Assembly: GCA_044229975.1 (NCBI GenBank)
Contig: JBGARZ010000022.1
Coordinates: 89,537 to 153,536 of the forward strand
Direction: 5' to 3'
DNA from: Polyangiales bacterium
GTDB taxonomy: Bacteria > Myxococcota_A > Polyangia > Polyangiales > Ga0077539
DNA: 64,000 nucleotides
Shown here piece after piece: positions 56,787-64,000 of this stretch; positions within the stretch are counted from its first letter, which is position 1; every line of letters begins with the position of its first letter. A program made the position numbers and the translations under genes. The notes beneath the pieces are model-generated. The model had not been told where the DNA came from, searched no databases, and saw only the letters and a list, made by a program, of their open reading frames with translations.

Positions 56787-59516
56787 ATGTTCAATCCGAC
56801 CACCTCCGTGGTCAGCACCACGGAGCACCCACTCAACCTCATTCATTCGTCCGTCGCCGAAGCCGTCGCACCGAGCACGCGTCGCGCGCTCAAGATCCTG
56901 GTGCTGCACGGCATGCGGCAAAACGGGGCCATCCTTCGCGCGCGCACCAAGAAGCTGCGCCGCGCGCTCGGCAGTCTCGCGGAGCTCACCTTCGTGACCT
57001 CGCCGCTGCCGTACTCGCTCCAGGGTGAGACGCGCGCCGCCGGGCTCGACGCCCTCGGTGAGGTGCCCGACTTCCCGCTGCAACAGGCGTGGTGGATCGC
57101 GAGCGAAGACAACCGCCGCTACGAGGGCTTCGACGCGTCGCTGTCCTTCATCGAGGGCGTGTGCCGCGAGCAGGGCCCCTTCGACGGCGTGCTGGGCTTC
57201 TCCCAGGGCGGAACCTTCGCCGCCATCCTCGCCGCCATGCAGCCGCACCCGGTGATGTCGTTCCGCTTCGCGGTGTGCATCTCCGGCTTTCCGTCGCGGG
57301 CCGACGCCCACGCGGCCTACGTGCGCCCGGCGAGCGTCGCGGTCCCCTCGCTGCACCTCTACGGCGAGAAGGACGTGCTCGTCACGCCCGACCGCTCGCA
57401 GCAGCTCTTCGAGGTCTTCGACCCGGCGTCATCGCGCATCGTCAAACACGGTGGCGGTCACTTCGTCCCGGGCGCGTGGCCGCTCGCCGACATCCGCGCC
57501 TTCGTCGAGGGCTTCGCCGAGCCGGGTGAGCCCGTCGCGCCAGAGCCCGTTGCGCCCACGGTGAGCGACGAGCTCACCACCGTCGCCTGCGCGGCGCTGT
57601 CGGGCGCGACCGTTGATGTTCCGATGATACAGAGCGTGCTGGAGGAGATGGCCTCGCGGCAGCAGTGGCGCGGGCTGCGCGACGTCGCGGTGTACGCCCA
57701 CGGTCGTCGCACCGCGGCCGATCACGAGGCCCCGTCGACCTCCGCGCTGGTGGCAGTGCACGAGGAGATCGTCGAGCTCTTCGCGCGGCAGCTCAACCGC
57801 GACCTGCACGTGCTCGCGTCGACCCCATCGGGTCGCCCGGTGAGCGAGGTCGAGGCCGATCGTGCGCGCAAGGTCACAGCCCTCGTCGGTGGTGTCTACG
57901 AGTCGGCGTCCGCCAACGCGGCGCCGTGGCCATCGCCCTGCGCGCGCGCCGCCCCTCGCGTCGGAACCAGCGCCGACAAGACCTGCCGCCTCGCCCGCGA
58001 CATCGCTCGCCAGCTCTTCCCGCTGGAGGACATGGCCTCGCGCATCGCGGCCCTCGGACCCGGTCGTGTGCCTGGCTCCGGTGATGCGTCGTCATCCGCG
58101 GTCGCGCGTCGTCGCGAGCCGCAGGTGCTCGACGCCGTCTCGCAGGCGCGCAACCTGTCGTATCAAAACTACGGGCAGGCCCTGTCGTATCTCCGCGCGG
58201 CGCTCCACGAGCGCGAGCCGGGGTACGCGTCGTCGCAGCTCCAGCGCTTCCAGCGCGCGCGGCAGTTCACGCCCGAGCTCATCGAGTCGCTGAAGGCGCG
58301 GCCGGTGTCACAGCACGTCTCGGAGCCAGAGCCGGAGCCCGTGGTTCCGTGCACGCTCGCCGACCTCGATCCGTTGTTGCAGCACCTGCGCGCCGACGCG
58401 CCGGTGGAGGTGCAGACGGCCTTCAACAAGGGGACGCTCACCACCGACGGTCGCCTCGACCTGTGCAAGCAGGTGGTGGGTCCGCGCGGAATCGTTCCGC
58501 TGCTCGACGCGATGAAGATGTCGCAGCGGGTGAAGCGCCTGCTGCTGGGCAACAACATCGTCGGCGACGCCGGCGCGGCGGCCATCGCGGACTACATCCG
58601 CGAGCGCGACGACTCGCCCATGGAGTGCTGGTACATCGCGGGCAACCACATCGGCCCGGAGGGAATCCGCCACGTCTGCGACGCGCTCGCCGACGACAGG
58701 CGGGTGACGTCGCTGTGGCTCAAGCGCAACCCGTTGAAGCCCGCGGGGATGGTCCCGCTCGCCGAGCTGCTCCGCGCCAACCGCACGCTGGAGGTGCTCG
58801 ACCTGGTCAACTGCGGGCTCCTCGACGAGGGCCTCGCCACGCTGCTCGACGCCTTCGAGGGCGAGCGCGCCAACAAGACCCTGCGGCACCTCTACGTCGG
58901 CACCAACGGCATCACCGAGCGCTCGGCCGAGCGGGTGGCGGAGTTCCTGGCGGGTGGCTGCGCGCTGGAGTCGTTCTATCTGTCGTGCAACCGACTGGGC
59001 GACGAGGGCGTCGAGGTCATCGCGCGCGGTCTCGCCGTCAACCGCAGCGTGCGTCGCTTCTCGCTCGCGTCCAACCGCGTGGGTCCGCGCGGGGCCGCCG
59101 CGCTGGCGAAGGCGCTCACGGGTCACCCGACCCTTGAGCTGCTCGACCTCGGGTTCACAAAGGCGACCGTCGCTGTGGGCGAGCTGGGCAACTACGTGGG
59201 CGACGAGGGCGCGCGCTCACTCGCGGAGATGCTCGCGGCCAACACGTCGCTGCGCTCGCTCGACCTGCTGCACAACTACATCTCGCAGGCCGGCGTGAAC
59301 CGCCTGCGCGCGGCGCTCGACGTCAACCGCACGCTGGTCTCGCTCCAGCTCACACAGTTCGGTCGCGTGCACAGCGAGGCCAGCCGCGAGGCGGTGCGTG
59401 AGGCCCTGGCGCGCAACCTCGCGCTGGTTCCGGAGGCCGAGCGCGAGGCCGTCACGAAGGTCGACCTCCCCGACCACATCGGGGACATCTACTCCGTGTA
59501 CCGAACCCACTCCTGA
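56787..59516 (+). CDS. FSH1/OVCA2-type serine hydrolase fused to ribonuclease-inhibitor-like LRRs
   Basis: KILVLHGMRQN, GPFDGVLGFSQG, GEKD and HGGGHFVP (full triad); about ten 28-aa LxLxxNxIGxxG repeats at the C-terminus. Confidence 0.85.
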   Translation: MFNPTTSVVSTTEHPLNLIHSSVAEAVAPSTRRALKILVLHGMRQNGAILRARTKKLRRALGSLAELTFVTSPLPYSLQGETRAAGLDALGEVPDFPLQQAWWIASEDNRRYEGFDASLSFIEGVCREQGPFDGVLGFSQGGTFAAILAAMQPHPVMSFRFAVCISGFPSRADAHAAYVRPASVAVPSLHLYGEKDVLVTPDRSQQLFEVFDPASSRIVKHGGGHFVPGAWPLADIRAFVEGFAEPGEPVAPEPVAPTVSDELTTVACAALSGATVDVPMIQSVLEEMASRQQWRGLRDVAVYAHGRRTAADHEAPSTSALVAVHEEIVELFARQLNRDLHVLASTPSGRPVSEVEADRARKVTALVGGVYESASANAAPWPSPCARAAPRVGTSADKTCRLARDIARQLFPLEDMASRIAALGPGRVPGSGDASSSAVARRREPQVLDAVSQARNLSYQNYGQALSYLRAALHEREPGYASSQLQRFQRARQFTPELIESLKARPVSQHVSEPEPEPVVPCTLADLDPLLQHLRADAPVEVQTAFNKGTLTTDGRLDLCKQVVGPRGIVPLLDAMKMSQRVKRLLLGNNIVGDAGAAAIADYIRERDDSPMECWYIAGNHIGPEGIRHVCDALADDRRVTSLWLKRNPLKPAGMVPLAELLRANRTLEVLDLVNCGLLDEGLATLLDAFEGERANKTLRHLYVGTNGITERSAERVAEFLAGGCALESFYLSCNRLGDEGVEVIARGLAVNRSVRRFSLASNRVGPRGAAALAKALTGHPTLELLDLGFTKATVAVGELGNYVGDEGARSLAEMLAANTSLRSLDLLHNYISQAGVNRLRAALDVNRTLVSLQLTQFGRVHSEASREAVREALARNLALVPEAEREAVTKVDLPDHIGDIYSVYRTHS

Positions 59517-59544
59517 TCGGGTACCTCGTCGCCGGGGGCGACGC

Positions 59545-60429
59545 TCAGACGAGCGGCGGGGTCGGCTCGTTGGGCTCGGTCTTCGCGGGCGGCGAACTCT
59601 TCGGCGCGAGGGCACGTGCGGCGCTGACCTGCGACGGAAACAGCGTCTCGCCCTGCCCCATCGGCTCCAGGAACCTCCCCGTCTGCTGCACCTCCGCCCA
59701 CGTCTGGAGCAGCAGCGGCCAGAGGCCCGACTGGGACTGCATCCAGTAGGCGCTCCCGTCGCGCTCGTCACCCAGCGCGCTGTAGAGCGCGGCGGCAACG
59801 CGACGCGCGTCGGCGACGTCGGTCGCGCGGTAGTTGCGCGGGTCAGCCTTGATCGCGTCGGGGTGCTGCTCGCAGAGGTCGGCCAGCGCCTCAAGGTCGT
59901 TGGCGCGGTCGAGGTAGCCGGTTCCTTCGCGGACGTAGGCCACCGAAGGGCCGAGCGTGGGGTCGTCGCCGAAGTGGTACTCGCACAGCTTGAACATCCG
60001 ATCGCGCAGCCCCTGCGACTCCTTCGCGAGCGCCTCGGGGACCTTCGCCGCCGACGCCGCCGCGGTCGTCTCGAGCTGATGACGGCGCGCGTGGATGCAA
60101 GCCCAGCCGAAATTCTCCGCGCGCTCGATGAGATCGCCCGGCGCCTCCTCGATGCTCACCAGCTTCGCGAGGCGCCCGGCGAAGGCGGGCTTGCGGAGCG
60201 TCTCGACGGTGGCCAGCGCCACGCTGCCGGCGAGTTGGAGACCGACGTTGGGGAGCTGGCGTTCGGTGTCCGGGACGCGCGCGACGGCGTCGTTGATCTT
60301 GTTCCAGCCGAGCTCGGCGCGGCTGGCGAGCGCGGGCGGCTTCTTGTTGGATGCGGCGTTGTGTTCGTCCCTTGAAGAGGAGTGTGCCGCAGCCTCGGGC
60401 GGAGGGGGGAGAGGGGTCGGCGACACCAT
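59545..60429 (-). CDS. Hypothetical all-helical protein
   Basis: 294-aa ORF with host-like codon usage and segments such as EYHFGDDP and GTGYLDRANDL; function unknown. Confidence 0.7.
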   Translation of the reverse strand: MVSPTPLPPPPEAAAHSSSRDEHNAASNKKPPALASRAELGWNKINDAVARVPDTERQLPNVGLQLAGSVALATVETLRKPAFAGRLAKLVSIEEAPGDLIERAENFGWACIHARRHQLETTAAASAAKVPEALAKESQGLRDRMFKLCEYHFGDDPTLGPSVAYVREGTGYLDRANDLEALADLCEQHPDAIKADPRNYRATDVADARRVAAALYSALGDERDGSAYWMQSQSGLWPLLLQTWAEVQQTGRFLEPMGQGETLFPSQVSAARALAPKSSPPAKTEPNEPTPPLV

Positions 60430-60633
60430 CGGGCCTGGACGCTAGGGACGGTGTGGTTGCGGGCGACCGCGGGTGGCCCGAGCGCCAGGGACAGGTGGGG
60501 CGGCGACAGAGTGGGGCAGCCCTGGTGAGGAGGGGATCAATGGCGATGACAGGTGGGCGAGGTTGGCGGGGAGAGCGAAGGCGGGCTCTACCGAAGGGAG
60601 GGTCAGGCCCGCGGATGTGATAGAGACGGACGC

Positions 60634-62025
60634 GTGGCGAAGACGTCGCGACTGCGCGTGAAGAATCTGGGTCCGCTACGTGAGGCAGAGATCGACCTGT
60701 CGAGGCGCCTCATCGTGCTCACCGGCCCGAACAACTCGGGCAAGACCTGGCTGGCTTGGTGTGTCTACGGGCTCGCGACCCTGCCGGTGGAGCCGTTCTA
60801 CGAGACGGTTCGCCCCTTCGCCGAGGAGCTATTGAAGAGCCCCCGGCGTCGCCTGAGCGCAGCCCGTACGGTGGCCTTCTGGCGGGCGGTGGGAGCAGCG
60901 GTTCCGAGTGCGCTCAAGGCGTGGCTTCCGACGCTCTTTGCGCTGCCCGAGTCGTACTTCGCCGAGACGAAGATCGAGGTTGACCTGGATAGTTCCGAAA
61001 GTGTGCACGCCACTCTCATGTTCTTCGCCTCGGGCAAGCACGAAAGCGTTTTGGCGATCAAGCTTGACGGCAAGGGCCTCTCTCTAACGCTAACCCCACG
61101 CCCGATCGACGGGAGTGCCGTCGCCGCGCGACAGCCGACCGACACCTTGCCGTCCCTTGAGGACACCATTGACGCGCTCTTGCGCGCTCTCCGCGCGTTC
61201 TTCTTCCCGCGAGCCACGATCTTTCCAGCCGAGCGGGCTGGCGTCCAACTGCTCGCTCGTGAGCTTGCGGCCGATCGCTCGTCACGATTCAACGACATCC
61301 TCATTCGAGCGCAGGCCCCACATCAGCTCCCGCTGGATCTCGGCGCGGGCGTTGCGCTCCCTTTGCCCATCGTCGACTTCCAACGCTTGAGCCTGCAGCC
61401 CGGTCGTCCCGCGAAGCAGGCGTCCCGGTTGAGTCATCTGGCCTCGTTGATCGAAGACCGGATGCTCGCTGGGAGCCTCACCTTCCACCGAGACCGCGGG
61501 GTCACCCTTACTCCCCGGGGCACCGAGCGCTCTCTGCCCATAACGGCGTCGGCGTCGATCACGAAATCGCTCGCTGCGCTCGTGCAGCACCTCCGCAGCG
61601 CGGGCGCCACCCGGGGCACCCTCATAGTCGACGAGCCCGAGCTCAACGTCCACCCCGACCAGCAGCTTCTACTCGCGCGGGTGCTCGTCGAGATCGCCAC
61701 GCACGACGTCCCGGTCATCGTGAGCACGCACTCGGACTACATTCTCCGCGAGTTCAACCACTGCATCATGGCCGCTCACCCTTCGCCCGAGGCGAAGAAG
61801 GCAGCGACCGAGCTCGGCTACACCAAGGGTCAGCGCATCAAGCCGCGAGACGTCGGCGCCTACTTCCTCCACGACGGCGGCTGCGAATCGCTGCCTATGC
61901 ACGCGACCGGCTTTCAGGTCCCCAGCATCGACGCCGTGGTCGAGCAGCAGAACCTCACCGCGCAGCGCTTTTACGGCGCGATCGACAGCGCCGCCACGGA
62001 GGCGACCGAGCTGGACGCGACGTGA
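60634..62025 (+). CDS. ABC-type ATPase (AAA_15/AAA_21-like)
   Basis: LRVKNLGPL, GPNNSGKT Walker A, FPAERAG, LIVDEPELNVHP Walker B/D-loop, and STHS H-loop. Start estimated (GTG). Confidence 0.88.
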   Translation: MAKTSRLRVKNLGPLREAEIDLSRRLIVLTGPNNSGKTWLAWCVYGLATLPVEPFYETVRPFAEELLKSPRRRLSAARTVAFWRAVGAAVPSALKAWLPTLFALPESYFAETKIEVDLDSSESVHATLMFFASGKHESVLAIKLDGKGLSLTLTPRPIDGSAVAARQPTDTLPSLEDTIDALLRALRAFFFPRATIFPAERAGVQLLARELAADRSSRFNDILIRAQAPHQLPLDLGAGVALPLPIVDFQRLSLQPGRPAKQASRLSHLASLIEDRMLAGSLTFHRDRGVTLTPRGTERSLPITASASITKSLAALVQHLRSAGATRGTLIVDEPELNVHPDQQLLLARVLVEIATHDVPVIVSTHSDYILREFNHCIMAAHPSPEAKKAATELGYTKGQRIKPRDVGAYFLHDGGCESLPMHATGFQVPSIDAVVEQQNLTAQRFYGAIDSAATEATELDAT

Positions 62026-62654
62026 GGGGCCCGCTTCTCGACGCGCTTCGAGCCTCACTGCGAGGCGAGATACAGCAGCGGAGTCTGCGCGCGCTCACCG
62101 ACGCCACGAGTGGTCAGACGGTCTCGCTGAGCGTTACCAGCGGCCCGGATGTTCTCATCGTCTGTCCTGACGATCTTCCCGCGGCAGGCATCAGCAAGGA
62201 CGTCCAGCGCTTTCCGTTCTTGAAGGCACCTGGACCAAGGGAACCTCGTCGCACCGCCTGCTGCGATTTCTTCATCTTCTGCCAGCTCGATCCCGCACAT
62301 CACGGTCCACTCTTCGTTTTGTTGACCGAGCTCAAACGATCACACGCAGCCGGCAGCAGACCGCAGATCGAGAACGGCTGTCTCCTCTCTCGCTACCTCC
62401 TCGCCGTCGCCCGGCATCACGATCGAAGGCCGGTCTCGCCAGCCGCCACCTACTTCCGCGGCGTGGTGTTCACCGACAACGTCCAGTTGCCGCGCCCCGG
62501 CACCGGCCGACAAGGCGTGTACTCCTACAACCAACCAGAGCCCAACGGGCTCGCACGCCTTCGTACGATCACGCTCCCTCGAAAATCCAACGACCATGTG
62601 ATCGAGAAACTCTGCGCAGCGAACGTGCAGGACGACTGGCCCGTCGACGTGTGA
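62022..62654 (+). CDS. Putative PD-(D/E)xK nuclease-fold protein
   Basis: CDFFIF...LFVLLTELKRS...PQIENG gives a D...ExK...Q arrangement; GTGA overlap with the ATPase. Confidence 0.55.
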   Translation: MRGPLLDALRASLRGEIQQRSLRALTDATSGQTVSLSVTSGPDVLIVCPDDLPAAGISKDVQRFPFLKAPGPREPRRTACCDFFIFCQLDPAHHGPLFVLLTELKRSHAAGSRPQIENGCLLSRYLLAVARHHDRRPVSPAATYFRGVVFTDNVQLPRPGTGRQGVYSYNQPEPNGLARLRTITLPRKSNDHVIEKLCAANVQDDWPVDV

Positions 62655-62698
62655 CTTGCCAAACGGCATCGACTCCGTTCGAACGGTTGCCCGCCTCC

Positions 62699-63819
62699 TG
62701 AGCCTCCCCCGGTTTGGTGGACACCCCCGATGACCCGAGAATGGTCGAGGAGTGATCCATGGAAAAGCCGAACAAGAGTCGCAAGAAGGCCCGTGCGCGA
62801 CGGAGCTTCACCCCCGAGTTCAAGGCCGAGGCCGTGCGCCTCTGCCAGGTTGGTGATCGCACGGTCACGCAGGTCGCCGCCGATCTGGACCTGACCGAGA
62901 CCGCATTGCGCGACTGGGTGCAACGCGCCGATCGCGCCGCGCAGCCGCCCGCGGTGGGCGCGCTCACGAGCGACGAGCGCGAGGAGCTGGTGCGGCTGCG
63001 GCGCGACAACAAGCGCCTGCAGATGGAGCGTGAAATCTTGAAAAAAGCGGCGGCCTTCTTCGCCAAGGAGAGCGCGTGAAGTTCGCGTTCATCCTCGCGG
63101 AGAAGGCCCTCTACCCGATCGTCGTTCTGTGCCACGTCCTGGGTGTTTCGTGCAGCGGCTTCTACGCCTGGCTTGGGCGACCGGCCTCGGCGCGGGCCCG
63201 ATCAGACCAGCAGCTCGCGGTCGAGATCGTGGCGGTGCATGCGCGCAGCCGGCGCACCTACGGCAGCCCACGCGTGCGAGCATCGCTGCGCGCCAAGGGC
63301 TTTCGCGTGAGTAAGAAGCGCATCGAGCGGCTCATGCGCCAGGGCGGCGTGCGGGCCGAGCGCAAGCGGCCCTTCCGCACGACGACGGACTCGCGCCACG
63401 ACTCGCCCATCGCCCCCAACCGGCTCGCGCGGGACTTCACGCCGGAAGCCCCGAACCGCGCCTGGGTGACGGACGTGACGGCGGTGCGGACGCAGGAGGG
63501 GTGGCTGTTCGTGGCGGTGATGCTGGACCTGTTCGCGCGCCGCGCCGTGGGCTGGGCGACGAGCGCGGTGAACGACACGGACCTGGCGCTCGCGGCGCTG
63601 GAGAGCGCGGTGCGCCAGCGCAAGCCGCGCGCAGGGCTGCTGCACCACTCCGACCGTGGGAGCCCCTACGCGAGTGCGCGGTATCGCGCGGCGCTGACGG
63701 CGTACGGGATGGTGGCGAGCATGAGCCGCAAGGGCGACTGCTGGGACAACGCCGTCGCCGAGAGCTTCTTCAGCACCCTCAAGGGCGAGCTCACCGAGCG
63801 CGAGGACTACGCCACCCGC
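62699..63819 (+). mobile_element. IS3 family insertion sequence, right part interrupted or missing
   Basis: Left end TGAGCCTCCCCCGGTTTGGTGGACACC starts with TG; orfA/orfB arrangement; homology breaks at about 63820. Confidence 0.9.
62759..63079 (+). CDS. IS3 transposase OrfA
   Basis: RRSFTPEFKAEAV HTH, VAADL and leucine zipper ELVRLRRDNKRLQMEREILKKAAAFF; A6G run at 63041-63047. Confidence 0.92.
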   Translation: MEKPNKSRKKARARRSFTPEFKAEAVRLCQVGDRTVTQVAADLDLTETALRDWVQRADRAAQPPAVGALTSDEREELVRLRRDNKRLQMEREILKKAAAFFAKESA

Positions 63820-63894
63820 GTGAGCGTGGTCACGGTAGCCGATGGGGATCTCGGCCTGATTGTTGATGGCCGCGTGGAAGCGGAGGTTTCGTGA
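63076..63894 (+). pseudogene. IS3 transposase OrfB, C-terminally truncated
   Basis: YGSPR, WVTD, HHSDRGSPY and CWDNAVAESFF are present. After YATR the usual YIE.FYN..R.HS tail is replaced by unrelated sequence. Confidence 0.8.
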
Positions 63895-64000
63895 GGGTCC
63901 CGACGGCGGGGTGACTCGCCGGGCTCCCTGGGGTGGAGTTCGGGTGCCTGGCCCTGGAAAGCTTGAAGGCCCGGGAGCTTGCACCTCCCGAGCCTTCGGT
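63820..64000. mobile_element. Probable terminus of a second element inserted in IS3 orfB (IS66-like end)
   Basis: The junction begins GTGAGCGT, similar to GT(A/G)AGCG IS66 termini; strong hairpin at 63965-63997. No transposase is visible within the window. Confidence 0.4.

Noticed and set aside
63820..64000. Group II intron 5' end
   Set aside because: Begins GTGAG rather than GTGYG, and there is too little sequence to support intron domains or an RT.
1..64000. tRNA, rRNA or prophage genes
   Set aside because: I recognised no cloverleaf or rRNA signature, phage integrase or phage structural gene by eye; a tRNAscan/Rfam run would be needed to exclude small RNAs.

Overview
A very GC-rich, gene-dense bacterial chromosomal window. 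The gene repertoire (Cys-rich, FG-GAP, Kelch and RCC1 lipoproteins, MoxR/vWA genes, PL1 and PHP enzymes) suggests a myxobacterium of the Polyangiales type; this is inference, as no marker gene is present. About 55 protein-coding genes can be supported. I saw no rRNA, tRNA or CRISPR array. Main blocks: a DUF4350-MoxR-DUF58 operon (2-6 kb); an 8-gene minus-strand cluster of NadE-like amidoligase, AMP-ligase, ACP, two atypical alpha/beta-hydrolases, a DprE2/DprE1-like epimerase pair and an FG-GAP lipoprotein (7.3-16.2 kb); a Zn-ribbon/PspA-like protein; thiE; a GNAT plus degenerate SpoT/Mesh1-type HD protein; gor; COG0523 plus WD40; an SPFH, NAD-kinase-like, NrtR operon with a candidate operator that runs into a P450 and a SemiSWEET; a split DUF4178/speD/DUF350/speE/flavin-oxidase polyamine cluster; an FSH1-LRR fusion; and, at the right end, a compositionally atypical ABC-type ATPase plus PD-(D/E)xK-like gene pair (candidate defence system) beside an IS3 element interrupted by a probable second insertion. 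Non-coding features include a REP-doublet-like palindrome, a 22-bp x6 tandem array and a second long inverted repeat. All product calls come from motif recognition by eye, not database searches, and many start codons were moved downstream of the ORF-track starts.
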